Positions 1 to 14,928 of a DNA stretch of 64,000 nt are shown piece by piece (the first letter of the stretch is position 1; each line of letters begins with the position of its first letter). Under the pieces are notes generated by a model. It had not been told where the DNA came from. It worked only from the letters and a program-made list of their open reading frames with translations, and searched no databases. The DNA lies in the NCBI GenBank assembly GCA_951406725.2, contig OX597823.1, positions 24,304,001 to 24,368,000 on the forward strand. The letters run 5' to 3'. The stretch is from Octopus vulgaris. Lineage: Eukaryota. The position numbers and the translations under genes were made by a program.

Positions 1-350
1 GCCCATGGCTGTTTGTACACATGTGTCATACAGTCTACCTTTTACTCTGAGCGAGAGGCCCTTTGTTACCAGCAGAAGTAAGAGCTCTCTGAACTTTGTC
101 CAGGCTATTCTTATTCTAGCAGCTACACTTTCAGAGTACCCTCCCCAGCTACTGACTTGGTCACCTAGGTAACAGAAGTTATCAACTACTTCTAGTTTTT
201 CTCCCTGGAATGTGACAGGAGTTGTTCTTTGCATATTTTTATTGTTTATTCCACCTGAGCATCTGCCACATACAAAACTATCTTCCCAGTTAGCCTTCCT
301 TTGATATTGCATGTTCATAGCTTATACTGGGTACATCTTTTCTACAGATC
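1..350 (-). mobile_element. RTE-clade LINE fragment (RT C-terminal region)
   Basis: Reverse strand encodes an [29 protein letters not shown]-like peptide, same family as 16228-16950. Confidence 0.75.
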
Positions 351-419
351 GAGCAGGGCTATCTACCTGAAGGGATTTGTGGTTTGTCTGCCTTCCTACT
401 TACCTACTTATTAATTCTT

Positions 420-1515
420 ATTACAAAATCACACTCACACAGAAACAATGCAATCACACACACATACATATACATACACGCACAAACACAATATCCCCAC
501 ACTAGAGCACAAACCCACACACATTCCAAGAAAAAACACATACATGTATACACTTGCAATATGCTTCTTGCAGCCATAACCAACACTCACACACATACAC
601 ACATATGTAAACATGTACATGCACACACCTACACACACCACCCTGACAATTACAAATCACATTCACACAAGCACACCCACACATACACAGATGCACACAC
701 AAACACGCAACTACAACACAACCCACACAAACACACACAGATATATATACACACATGTACACACACACACAAACACTCAAACAAAAAAACACAGGCACAC
801 ACACAAAAGAAAAAACACACACATATACACACAATACAATCCCAACAACCACAACAAACACTCACAAACATACATACACACAATGACACACCCACATGTA
901 TACACACACACTACACTAACAATACAAACAAAACAAATCACTCACAAATGCAGCACACACACACACACACAGAAACTACATAAACCATACTCATATATAT
1001 ACACACACAAACGCATACTCAGTACCAACATACACAAAACGCACATGCACACACATACATACCACCCAGATAAACCCAACACACATGGACACACAAACCC
1101 TTGATAAATACAACACACTTACATATACACACCCACACATACCCCCCACACACACATACATATGCTCCATCACACACACACACCACAAGGACAATTAAAA
1201 CACAAACATACTCAGACAGACACAACACACACACATACACACTCACGTACACACACATAACATCCCCACTAACACAAAACAAACATTTGTGCACACACAT
1301 ACACACGTGAACAAACATATATACACACACATGCGCACACACAACACCCTGACAAATACCAATCACACACATACACACACACACAACACTAGGACAATTA
1401 TAGCACACACTCATGTACACACATATAACATCCCCACCAACACAAGAAACACACAAGCATACACACGCACCCACAGACACACACATACACACGCAAAAAA
1501 GACAGGCACACACAC
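420..1515. repeat. Degenerate (CA)/(CATA)-rich low-complexity tract
   Basis: About 1.1 kb of imperfect AC repeats; source of the His/Thr- and Cys/Val-rich spurious ORFs. Confidence 0.9.
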
Positions 1516-2062
1516 CTTTCATCCTTTCAGGGTCAATAAATTAAGTATCAGTGAAAGACCGAGGTTGATGTAATTGACTAGCCTCCTCCCCAAAAACTGT
1601 TGGCTGTGTGCCAAAATTTGAAACCATTATTATTATTAATTTATTAATTTGTAGATAACTATGTAGAAATCCCAGTAATTGAAATTTTGAATAAAATATT
1701 TGTAAACCATTTTGGTCATTGTTTTATAACTGGACAATATATTATAGAAAAACCAATCCATCCAGAAAATGATTTTTCACATAAAGACACACCTCTAGGA
1801 TTAATATGAATCCTAGTGCATCAGGACACATAAACAAAATCTCACCTGAAAGTTTCAGTTCTAGGTAATCTATTTGCACAACACTCTTCTAATGCTTTGC
1901 TTCTATCTAACACTAAATGACTATAAAAATACTTGACATGTTCATTTACCACCTGTTTAAGGGCATAACAAGCTGATAAAAGCACACCATTAGAGATGTA
2001 CAAATGAACTGTCTGCAGCCTAAATATTGAGATAAGCTTTCAAAAACTTAGTAAAATGTTCT

Positions 2063-2232
2063 AGGCGGAGGAATGGCTGTGTGGTAAGTAGCTTGCTTAC
2101 CAACCACATGATTCCAGGTTCAGTCCCACTGCATGACTCCTTGGGCAAGTGTTTTCTACAATAGTCTCAGGCCAACCAAAGCCTTGTGAGTGGATTTGGT
2201 AGACAGAAACTGAAAGAAGCCCGTCATATATA

Positions 2233-2263
<31 letters not shown>

Positions 2264-2682
2264 ATGTATGTATGTATATATATATGTGTGTATGTGTGTG
2301 TGTGTGTCTAAACTCACAGAGTGGTTGGCGTTAGGAAGGGCATCCAGCTGTAGAAACATTGCCAGATCAGACTGGGCCTGGTGCAGCCTTCTGGCTTCCC
2401 AGACCCCAGTTGAACTGTCCAACCCATGCTAGCATGGAAAGCGGACGCTAAATGATGATGATGATGTGTGTGTGTATACGTTTGTGTGTCTGTGTTTGTC
2501 CCACCAACATCGCTTGACAACCAGTGCTGGTGTGTTACATCCCCGTAACTTAGCAGTTCGGCAAAATATACCAATAGAATAAGTACTAGGCTTACAAAGA
2601 ATAAGTCCTGGAGTTGATTTGCTCGACAAAAGGCAATGCTCCAACATGGTCACAGTCAAATGACTGAAACAAGTAAAAGAGT
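2063..2682 (+). mobile_element. tRNA-derived SINE with a nested RTE 3'-UTR tail (about 2318-2465)
   Basis: A-box-like TGGCTGTGTGG and B-box-like GGTTCAGTCCC, plus an internal TG/TATG microsatellite. A reverse-oriented relative lies at 58590-58865. The nested segment matches the RTE tail at 31090-31235 ending in (GAT)n. Confidence 0.75.
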
Positions 2683-2864
2683 AACTCTGATGAATTCTGA
2701 GTAAGGTATCATTTTGTAGATCAATTATTTGTGTATAATAAATTATCAAATTGAAAAATCATGCACCACATGCTTATCAATATGTAATATATGTAATGTG
2801 TTTGTGATTGGGTCAGTGGATGACTATAAGATATATTTTTTGTGTTTTTTTACTTCCTTTCCAG

Positions 2865-3098
2865 TCGATGACAAGCCTCTTGTGATGAAACATGTTAACG
2901 TACGAAAGAAGGCTACCTTAGGACAGATTAAGAGGGTGAACTTAATACAGTGTGGTAAAGCTTGCGATGAATTTCCAGGATGTAATTCTTATCAGTACAA
3001 TGCTAAAGATAAGATATGTGATCTGAGTAATGTGACACATTTGACTGATGAATTTAAACCCAACGATGGAAAGTGGGATATATATGTGATTAACCCAG
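2865..3098 (+). CDS. Exon B1: PAN/apple-like domain type B
   Basis: ccag|TC...CCAG|gttagt; 234 nt; [10 protein letters not shown]...[29 protein letters not shown]...WDIYVINP with C-x3-C-x5-C-x11-C. Confidence 0.88.
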
Positions 3099-4910
3099 GT
3101 TAGTAGAATGTATCCATCTTATTTATTGGGTGCATGTCTGTGTCCTTAGTGGTCATCATCAAAGAAATATGTGTGTCTCACAGAGGGAAATTTTAAAGCT
3201 AGGTTCAATAATCACACCTTAAGCTTCAGACACTGGGATAAAAGAAAAATTGACCAAATTATCCAATTATATATGGTCCTTAACCCTTTCATTACCAACC
3301 CAGCTGAAACCGGCTCTGGCTCTGATTACAAATGTCTTGTTTTCATAAGTTCTGAATTAAAATTTTCTGCCAAACCTTGGTCACAATTTATGTTCCTAAC
3401 ACTAGCTTAATGATAACGAAAATATTTTACTAAATTCTTTGTTATATTTAAAACTAATTGAAAGAAACACAGCATCTCAAAATAAATACAGTAATGAAAG
3501 GGTTAAAAGAGCAAGGTGTCAGCTATAAGATTCACTGGAAGATCTTGGCCAAGTGTAAACCTTACATTAATGGCAGTGGAAAGTGCAGTCTTTGCGATAT
3601 GGAAAGATGGCTCATCTGGAAAAGTTCTTTAGACCCTGCTAAATTCAAGAACTGAACTTTTTGGATCATGTCTGCATATGATAAAATACTTGTTACATTT
3701 TTGGGCCCTGCAAGATCACAGATAGAACCTACTTTTTATATTATGCCCATGTACAAACTTTTCATGTGTCTTAACATTTCTTATATATTTTTATATATAT
3801 TTTTATTGCATAATATATATTTTCTATATATCATTTTTTCCCCCTTTTTCAATTGTGCAACTATATATGCATGTAGTATTTGCAGGTATAAGCATATATC
3901 AAATGCGTGTATATGTGTATGAATGTATGTATATATACAAGTGTAAGACTGTATCCATTGCTTAAGAGTGACTGTCATGCACATGTGTCCTTCCTTCATA
4001 CGTATATGTATGTATATATGCTTGTATATCTGCAGGTGTAGGTGTGTTGCTAGACAGGAGGATTTATATGTATATATATGCACTCCTATACATATATAAT
4101 TTACATTATATTCATGTTTGCAGTGAATGTGAATATGTACATGTTTTATGTTTGCGTATGTGTTTTCATTTGTATATATGTCTATGTATAAATGTAGGCA
4201 TATATCTATGCGAGGATGATGTTGACAATATATATATATATATATATATATATACGTACGTATGTGTATATAGTTGCACATGTGTAGCTTTGTATATCTG
4301 CGTGTGTATATATGTATATTCATACTTGAGGCATGTATGAATAAATGCCTGCTATGAGTGTGCATACATGAATATTGTTTACAGTTTTATATGAGTATTT
4401 TTATTTATATAAATTCTAAGATTAGTGGAAGCATTTTTCTATGTGAAGATGAAGTTATATATACATATATACGTATGTGTGTATGTATATTCAAATTTAT
4501 ATGTTTTTTATACATATATATGCATATGCCTGTATATACGTATGTGTGTGCATGTAGAGATGTGTATATGAGCATAATAATGCATGCATGGGCACATATA
4601 CGTGTGTATGTATGTGTATGCATGTATGTATGCGTATATGTGTGTATGTATATATGTATATAAATAATATATATGTACATGTGTACATAGATTTTATGAA
4701 CAAAGATTTTTATCTTTATGTGGTTGTATTTTCATAACACCTTATATCTTTTACCTGTATTTATTTTCCCACTCCTATTAGAATAACTTCACTTTATTCA
4801 ACGTTTTTTTTTTTCATAGCATTTGTCTTAATAACTGATGAGGACATCTAGAAGCTATTAGCCTCGGTATCTGAAATTCTGAGTATTATTATGACAACTA
4901 ACTGATTGTC

Positions 4911-4950
<40 letters not shown>

Positions 4951-7830
4951 TAATCAATATCTTTTATTCTAAATTTGTCATTATCTACACATTTTCTCCT
5001 TTCTTCTAACATATACTTGCAATTGAAATCAATTTTTTTTTATCAATTAAAGTTGTCTCAAAAATTGACTGTGGACCACCAAAAGACGTTGTTGGTGCAT
5101 TTAAATACTATAGTTCTACTACCTACAAATCTGAAGTAACCTACTTTTGTCGAGATGGAGAAAAATTAAAGGCAGCATGTAAAGAGGACAATAAATGGAC
5201 TCCAGAAGTATCTTGTAAAAGTAATGTATATAGGTTTTCTCTTTTTGACTTTATATTGGTAATTTTGTTTTAGCTTTGTATTAAGTGTTTATGTCAGAGA
5301 AAGTCTGATTGTGTCCAGGAAAATTTCAAATGTATCTATGGCTGGTAGGAGGGTGAGAGTTAGTTATCCTCAGACCAGGGACCTTCCTAAATGCTTGCTA
5401 CACAGTTAACTTCATCAAAGATATTGAAGAGCCAGGTCACGGTATTCAGTTGTTTGATAGATTAAGTCTTCCATTCAACAATAGGAAATATAGAATTATG
5501 TTTGTCTATCAGGCTTTCATATAGTTTCCATTCTCCAAATTTTATCCCACTAGGGAATACCTCTACAGCTGTACATCAGCTCATCTTTATAGTTTTCCTC
5601 TTAATTTCTAGCTTGATCTCTCTCATATATACTTTGTGCCATCATCCAAAACTTTGTATGATACATTGCACTGAAGTTCACAATAATATGAAAGACTCCT
5701 GAAGCACTAGTGACATTCCAGTTCACCAGCTAGGTATGAACCACACAAACCTCATAAGTGCAGGGGAGTGGGTGGCATGAGAATTTCATGGTATAGCTTT
5801 CTGTAGTGAATAGATTATAAGAAAATATAATATCACCTCATTGTAATCAATTATATATTCATTGTTTAGGTACATGGACAAGCATAATTAGAGAAGGCAA
5901 TGAGATTGTGTGATATTCCTAACTTTCTCAAGAGCACTAACTGTCTATGTAAAATGAACTGAATTAAACTGAGAATCAAACTTAAATCATTGACTCACAT
6001 CACCCTGTAAACATTTGTACTAAAAGATGAACCAGGAGAATATATTCAGGATTACTTCCTGCATCAAAAACAAATAGTAAAGTGACTACATATTGAGCTA
6101 AGTTATGAGCAATTAAGATTACACCCACAATGGCTGATAAATCATTACGTTAATTACTTATTCTAGTCATCAAATTCAAAAAGGACCTCATAGATATAAT
6201 CAGTATTTTTTTCATTGCAGTAAAAGTATGATTTTTATGAAATTACGCTTCTTAGATTGTTACATTAATCTGTAACTGTCCATACTTTATACTTATTCAC
6301 TAGATGATGATGTAAGTGAGATTATTTTAGTTTTCCAAAGAAAAACATTGCAAAATCAGGGCATTGGACAGTGTGTTGTGGCATTTGGTTAGGCACTTTA
6401 ACGCCTGTGTTCAAATCCAGCAGATATCAACTCTACCATTCCAGAACCACTAAAATAAAATACCAGTGAAATGTATAGGCCAATTTAATTGGCCAATTCT
6501 GACCTAAAATTTTGGGTCTTTCTTTCTATGTTAGAAACTATTATCAATGTTGTTGTTGCTTCCTTTTATCTCAATTTTCTTTTAAATCCAGTTGCTAAGA
6601 ACTATTTTGTGAAAGTAAAAGGTGCAGCTCTGGCTGTATCTGGGAAAACATTATGGGATAAGCAAAATGTAACAGCAGAAGCATGTGCAGAAAAATGTTT
6701 GTCTGACAAAAACTGTTTATCATTTGAAATAAAGAAAGAAATGGGAAAGTGTTTCTTATCAAAGCAAACTGCAGCTTCCTCCAAGAAAATAAAGAAAGCC
6801 AAAAACAGAAATTACTATCAACGAATAAAACGTAATTATTCTTTGTCTTTTATAATTGAAATTCTCTTTTCCTTTCCTTGTTTTCTAAAATTTGTTATTC
6901 CATTTGTAAGTCATTGTATACAAACAACCATTTCTGTTGACACACAAAAAAGAAACAGTTGTAAACATGCATAAAAGTGTTTAATATGGACAAAGCCAAC
7001 AAGCTGGCAGAAATGTTAGCATGCCAGGTGAAATGATTAGCGGTATTTCATCTGTCTTTTCATTCTGAGATCAGATTCTGCCGAGGTTAACTTTGCCTTT
7101 CATTCTTGCGGGGTTGTTAAATTAAGTACCAGTTGCATACTGGGGGTTGATCTAATCGACTGGCCCCCTCCCCCAAAATTTCAGGCCTTCTGCCTTGAGT
7201 AGAAAAGATTTTCATTAAATCTAAATAGTAAAAGTAATAGGAACAGCAATGCTTCAAATTTTGACAGAAAGCTTGCAGTTTTGAGGAAGCAGTAATAGGT
7301 CATACCACTGGCCCCAGTTCTTGACTGGTATTATATTGTATCCATACCAGAGGGATGGAAGGCAGGTAGCGTGGCTTTTGCAGAGTATCTCACCATTTGT
7401 TGCTCTTCTCCTCAATTTGACACACACAATAATAGAAAAAAGTAATGCCAATCTAATAAGTTGTGTATCTCCTATATTTTACCTTCATTAATATGGTTGG
7501 ATGCCCTTTCTATCACCAACCATTGTACCCACATGAAGAGTACAATATTTCCCTTGCTACAGGAATTAGAGAAGTTTTCTGCTGGGACCGAAGACTTCTC
7601 ATAGCATAAAAGAAGATTAGCTCCATAGTATTAAGATGAAAACACACAACAAATTCAGTCACATTGATTTCAGGCATTTCATCTTTCCTATCAAAACTCT
7701 TCCTTCTTGATATGCTGTGTTCTGAATTCAATAGATTTAATGATCTGTGTTAGAATACTCATGAATCCCAGGATGTCATTTCTCTCATGATGAATCTTTC
7801 TGGGTCAAAAAGAAAAGTTAACTATTTGTC

Positions 7831-7865
<35 letters not shown>

Positions 7866-8495
7866 GAGGAATTGTAAGTGGGCTAAAATTGCTGACTTCA
7901 CTTTAATATTTATCCTGGGTACTTTCAAGAAGTTCAAGCATATTCATATCTGAGGTTTATACAGAAACAGTTGCCTATCAATTTCAAGTAATATGGACGG
8001 CCATGCCATGAAAAGATTTAGAAAGAACTTAACACTGTTCTTTAATGAGTTTGATTTAAACATAAGGATTACTACTAATATAGCAACATCCAGTGAAATG
8101 AACATAATTTTAAACTTTAAGTCAAGTGTCATGCTTCTAAAGAAAGTGTAATAAGGAGAATAGACACCTTCATAGGCAATTCAACGTCTACTCCTAAGCT
8201 ATAATATGAAACTTAGTAGCTGATATTAGCAAAAGAATCTCCAGTTTAACCTCAAAGTAAGACATTTTAGACTGCATATTTTTAAAATTACAAGGCGTTA
8301 CCTAGGATTGGCTTTAGTAGGAAGTTGATAAAAACAGAGCATCCTTCACCTGCCTACCTGAACAGAATAAGTATAATAAAATAACTTGAGTCAATTCTCC
8401 TTTCAACTTACATTTAACCATGGACATTGCAAGGAAATTTTCTTAAGATTTAAAGTATGATTGTTAAAACAAGATACTTTCCTTCACAACTTTGC

Positions 8496-8590
<95 letters not shown>

Positions 8591-11500
8591 CACACATACA
8601 AATTGCCACGGCTAATATATATATATAACTTACTATATATATATCATCATCATCATCATCATCGTTTAACATCCGCTTTCCATACAAATTGCCAAGGCTA
8701 AATGCTGGGGTGTGCAGAAAAGAATAAAATTAATGGCACCCACACATTTTTTGTTGATAACCGAAAATCATATTCTAGCAATAAGACCAACATCAAGAGA
8801 CAGTTAAAGCTAGTTGTGACATTCTCACAAGATATAGGAATGAAGTTTGGGCAAGATAAATGCTCATACATGCTAGTCAACTGAGGAATGGCAGAAAACA
8901 TGTACATCAACAGCTTGTCTATCTCCCCTATTTCTAATGATGAAAGATACAAGTACCTCAAAATTGATGAGAATGTTGCTTACATTGGTGCTGTGACTAC
9001 AGCTAGAATAACCAAAGAATTTTTTTTATTCTTCAAGTGCATTTTGGCATTTAACTGACCAATTCCACTTTACTTCCTTTTTTAGTAAGTCATTCAATGG
9101 AGCTCTTAATTTGTACATGTTAGGAATGTAGTTTTGATAGTAGTTTGCCAGCCCAAGAAATGCTTGTAATGTTGGTATATTTGTTGGAGCAGGGATATTC
9201 TTTATTGCATCTACCCTCAACGGATCAGGCTGTCTACCATTTTTATCAATTATTTGCCCTAAGTACTTGATTTGAGGCAAAAATAATTAGCATTTTTCTT
9301 CACTCAAAGGGAACTCAGACTCTTTAATTTTCTTGAACAGAATTTTATATTCTCCACATGTTGTTCAATTAATTACTCTTAATCAATATATTGCCCAGAT
9401 AAGGAATTGCAAATTCACAGTCAGATAACATAGCATCCATGATTTAATGAAATATTGCTGGTGCAACCTTTAATCCAAAAGGTAACCAGGTATATGTGTA
9501 CAGTCCTCTATGTGTATTTATTGTCAGATTCTTTGAGCATTTGTCATTTACTTTAATCTGCAAATACGCATAGGACAAATCCAATTTGGAGAAGATTTTT
9601 ACACCATTTAATTTTGCGAAAATGTCCTCTGGAGTCAGGAGTGGATGGTGGCATGTCATTAAGCAGTTATTCAGTCCTGTAGAGAAATCAGCACACAGCC
9701 TAATGTTTTTCTTTTTCTTTTTGATGCAAACCGCAGGCACCACCCATTTAGAGTAATCCACCTTTTTGATGATTCCACTCTTTTCTAGTCTGTCCAACTT
9801 TTCGTTTACAATTCCAAATGTCACAAAGAGTACTTCTCTGTTAGATTTAAATACAGACACAGCCTTTTCACTAATTTGAAAGCAGGTTTCAGTCTTTTTA
9901 CATAGACTTAAGTCCTCTGACAGTACTTGAGGAAACATCTTTTTCAATTTTCTCTTCAATTCCTCAGGACAATTATGTTTTTGCAGTAGAGACTTATGGG
10001 GAGGTACCATAAGTCAAATAACTCAACCCAATCTGTACCAAACAAATCAATTGTATTCTTCACAATGAATATTTTTGCTTCACGTGTTTCTCCTCGAAAT
10101 GTGATGTCTGTACACATTTTGCCCATGAAATGTAATTTATATTCTGTCATGCCACATATAATTTTCAGTGTTTTATGTAACCTCAGTTTCCTGATTTTTC
10201 TCCATGTATCTACATTTATGATTGAAATATCACTACCCATATCCAACTGTAGTTTAATATTTGCACCATTTATTTTTAAGTGTACGAATTTTCTTGTTTT
10301 TGTGTTGCAGTCACTTTCTGCTGAAAGCACCTTAAAACTTTTTGCATTTGGCCCTCCTCATAATCTTATCCTGCAGTGTGAGTTCTTGTGACCAAGTTGC
10401 TGACAACAATAGCATTTTCAGTTTTTAAATGGACACTCTTTTCTGAAGTGTAGGCCTCCACATCCATAACATGGATTGGGGCCTGGCATTCTTTTGCGGT
10501 TGTACGTTTTGGATTGACACATGTGTATTTTTGCAGAATCTTTCACTTGAATTTTTTCACATTGTGCTTCAGGTTTACCATTGTTTGACATTCTTCTGAA
10601 ATAGTCTGTATGGTTGAGTCTTGGTTTGCTTGCTCCATTTTTGAGAGAACCCTTGCCCAAATTTCTCTAACTTCAGTTGCTGTAAGATCTTGTACAAAGA
10701 TAAGTGAATTCAGAAATCAAGTTTGCCATACCGTCTGGCATAGATAAACTTACTGAGAATTCAGACTTCCTTGACTGTAAGTCAGTTAACTGTTGTTGTA
10801 ATATTTGCTTCTGCAACTCTTGTAGTTGTTCTGTTTGCTTCTCTTGAAGTTATATTAATGTCGCTAATAGGTTCTCCATAATTTAACAATTTGTATGATG
10901 CACTAGTTGTCAAATAACCTATGTGAGCTTTTAAAAATCCTTGTTGCCAGATGTTATATCCTTATGCCTCCAATATAATACACCTAAATCTTTACTGGAT
11001 GACAAGCAAATTCCAACAAATATGAGACTGAATTGACCTGGAACAAAAATGTCAAACCCTTAAAGGGGTCATGGATGGTTAGTGCACCCCCTCCCCAAAC
11101 ACACATACAAGCAGTCATGCATCCATATACACAACCACACATATATGCACACACACACATAAACTCTTTGTTTGCTCTCACCCTTCCTCTTCTTAGCAAA
11201 CACATGTTTACATACACACGCATAGGACCAATTCTCAGACAGACTTAGAAAGGCAAGTCATTGAGAAACATTATTATTAAGACAGCAAGCTGGTGGAATC
11301 TTTCATATGTTGTACAAAATGCTTAATGGCATTTCTTCCATGTCCTTGCATTCTGAGTTCAAATTCCACTGTAGTTGAATTTGCCTTTCATCATGCTGAG
11401 GTTAAAATATGAACCAGCTGAACATTGGGCTTATTGAAATCAACTTACACCCTCACACAAAATTTCAGGCATTGTGCCTGTAGGAGAAGAAATCATCATC

Positions 11501-13004
11501 ATCAGTGTCATTACTACTGCTGTTGTTATAACTATTACTAAGGTGTTGAGTTGGTAGAATTCTTAGCATATCAGATAAAATACTTAGCAGCATTTCATCA
11601 GTAGTAACATTCTGAGATCAAATTCTGCTAATGTCAACTTTGCCTTTCATCCTTTCAGAGTAAAAAAAAAAGAGTATGAGTTGCATGTTGGAGCCAGTGT
11701 AATCAATTAGTCCTTACTCCAAAAATTCAAGCCTTGTTTCCTATTATAGAAAGAATTACTACCTCTGCTGCTGCTGCTATATTTAAAGTTTTAGATAATT
11801 ACATAGAAGTACCATATAATTAACATTTTGAATAAAACATTTGAAATCCATCTGGTTCATTAGTTTTTTATATGGACAATAAAAGCATAATCCATCTGCA
11901 AAATTATTTTTCAGTGTGAGACAATTATTGTGAATTCAGTTACATCATGAAACATACCCACAACCTTACCTCAGTGTTTAGGTTGCAGATAATCAAGTTG
12001 TACATCCTTTTGGATGGTGTGCTTTTGTTTATGATTAAATGACCACAAGAACAATTCACATGCTGGTTGATCATATTTTGAACAACAGTTAAAAAGGAAT
12101 GTACAAATGCTTTACATGCTCCCTAAATGTTGAAACAAGATTTCAAATAAGTTTGAAGAAGTCCTACACTCTTATGAATTCTGATTGTTTTTCATTTCAT
12201 AGATCAGTTATTTGTTTCTAATAAATTGTTCATTTAAAATGAATTATGCTCAAGATGCTATATAATTTTCAATGTGTGTGTGGAGGAGTATACATGTATT
12301 TCTTTTCTTTCTTTTTTTTTCTAGCCGATGTTGATTTTTTGACACTTAAACGAACTAACATACTAATGCAGGATAATTTAGGCCGGCTGCATAATGTGAG
12401 CTTAAAGGAGTGTGATGAAGCTTGTTATGAGCTTGCAGAGTGTAAATCATATGAATATAAGGAAAAGACTAAGATATGTGATCTAAGTAATGTGACTCAC
12501 TTGACTCATCACCTTCAACCCAACATATATGGATGGGATATTCACATCATTAACCCAGGTCAGTAGATGTTTTCTATTCTTTTTTTTTTTTGTGTGTGCA
12601 CATCATGCATGTTTGTGTGTGTGTATATATTGAAATGTGTGTGTTTATGATACACACACACACACACACACAGGTACATCAGTTCAAGGGAATGCTGTAG
12701 CTCATAATCAACAGCTTGTTAACATCAGGCATACATGTCTCTTGAACAAAACACTGAAAGGGAAAAATAATTTCCGAATAATATTTATAAACTAATTTAT
12801 CAGATTCACTTCATCGTACAGTTCTATATTTAAGAGATGAGGAATTAAGTACATTAGTTACATTATTTACATTTGACAGATATTTGTCCTCATCTTGTTT
12901 GTTGTTAACACATTTCAGCTGATATACTCTCCAGCCTTCATCATGTGTCTTGGGGAAATTTAAAACCTGGGTTCTCATTCCTAAGGTATTTTTCGATGTT
13001 ATCA

Positions 13005-13042
<38 letters not shown>

Positions 13043-14897
13043 TAGTTTTATTTTTATAGCGTGCTTTCACTTCACTACCAAGTGCAGCTCTGTGTGCCTT
13101 GGGTATGTGTTGTGATTTGTTGTGATGCTCTGATGGTTATTGTATGGAAAGTGTTCTGCGTAGGATGTGTGCAGTGCCTAGTAGTGCAATTTTCTGTATG
13201 TTATATGTGTTTGTAAGTCCTGGTGTTTTTGTTATGTATTTGTCTGAATATTTTTTTATCATGCCTAATGCACCTGCTATGATAGGAATTGTTTCTGTTT
13301 TCAGATTCCACATTCTAGTTACCTCTATTTCCAGGTCTTTGTATTTTGAGAGTTTCTCCATTTCTTTTAGAGACACGTTGTCATCTGCCGGTATTGATAC
13401 ATCAATTAGAAAGCATTTTTTTCTTCATGGTCTCTGACGACTATATCTGGTCTGTTGGCCTTAATTTCTCTATCTGTGTGTATCGGCATATCCCAGAGTA
13501 TGGTTGCTTTCTCGTTTTCTGTGACCTTTTCTGGTGTGTGCCTATACCATCATTTTTCTGTTGTTATTCCATAATGTTGGCATAGCTTCCAATGTATGTA
13601 GGTTCCAACTCTGTCATGTCTGTGAATATATGTATGCATATATGTATGCATGTGTGTGTGTGAAAGAATATCTTCCAGATATTATCTTCCCATACATACA
13701 TACATACATACATACATACATACATACATAAAATACAACAGATGTTAACATAAACCTGAAGATCAGTGAAAAAGAGAACACCTATGCTGAACTATTGAGA
13801 AATCTACAGTTACTCTATCCAAATTACAAGTTCAGGTTTATACTTGTAATTATTGAGGCCCTGGGATGTGTAACACACTGCCAATCTTGAGAAATTAGGC
13901 TTCTCCAAACCAGAAACAGAGAAAGCTAATTCAAAGACTACAGGTCCAATCCATCACTGGAACTGTAAAAATCTGTAAAACTTTCCAGAAGTTTATCATT
14001 TAAATATATATGAGCATGTCTAGATATGTAACTCTATGCATGAGAATACATGCATAAAACATACAAATCTGCATATACATACATACATACATACATACAT
14101 ACATACATACATACATACATACATACATACATACATACATACATACATACATACATACATACATACATACATACATACATACATACATACAAACAAACAA
14201 ACAAACAAACAAACAAACAAAAAACAAACAAACAAACAAAAATACCCTGTTGTTGATGTTGAAATTCCAATGAAGGAACCTTGGATCTGGGTTAGAAACT
14301 GATTCTTTCTCTATTGTCATGAAATCTTGAAATAAATTAAATAATAACATACATACATACATACATACATACATACATACATACATACATACATACATAC
14401 ATACATACATACATACATACATACATACATACATACATACATACATACATACATACATACATACATACATACATACATACATACATACATACATACATAC
14501 ATACATACATACATACATACATACATACATACATACATACATACATACATACATACATACATACATACATACATACATACATACATACATACATACATAC
14601 ATACATACATACATACATACATACATACATACATACATACATACATACATACATACATACATACATACATACATACATACATACATACATACATACATAC
14701 ATACATACATACATACATACATACATACATACATACATACATACATACATACATACATACATACATACATACATACATACATACATACATACATACATAC
14801 ATACATACATACATACATACATACATACATACATACATACATACATACATACATACATACATACATACATACATACATACATACATACATACATACA

Positions 14898-14928
<31 letters not shown>

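Larger units (their letters stand above)
3165..4900 (+). mobile_element. Penelope-like retroelement 3' fragment (GIY-YIG endonuclease region, AT-rich tail, hammerhead motif)
   Basis: [22 protein letters not shown]...[25 protein letters not shown]...KCSLC once the MITE is removed; hammerhead motif at the tail end. Confidence 0.7.

Noticed and set aside
384-1573. His/Thr-rich and Cys/Val-rich ORFs up to 199 aa
   Set aside because: Translations of degenerate CA/TG microsatellite, open in several frames on both strands, with no splice or domain signal.
2063-2135. tRNA gene
   Set aside because: A/B-box-like head continues into SINE body sequence; no complete cloverleaf.
3781-4703. Overlapping Tyr/Ile/His-rich ORFs
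   Set aside because: AT/GT low-complexity tail of the Penelope fragment.
12900-12960. Minus-strand hammerhead-like motif GACAC-ATGATGA-AGGCTG...CAGCT-GAAA
   Set aside because: Core C3 is replaced by A and the stem III/cleavage site is missing; at best a dead relic.
14255-14315. CCAATGAAGGAACC...GGTTAGAAAC motif in a LINE 3' UTR resembling a ribozyme core
   Set aside because: No CUGANGA and no convincing stem I.
14000-14926. 308-aa (MYVC)n ORF and any CRISPR-like reading of the array
   Set aside because: Pure (CATA)n microsatellite with no spacers; eukaryotic context.
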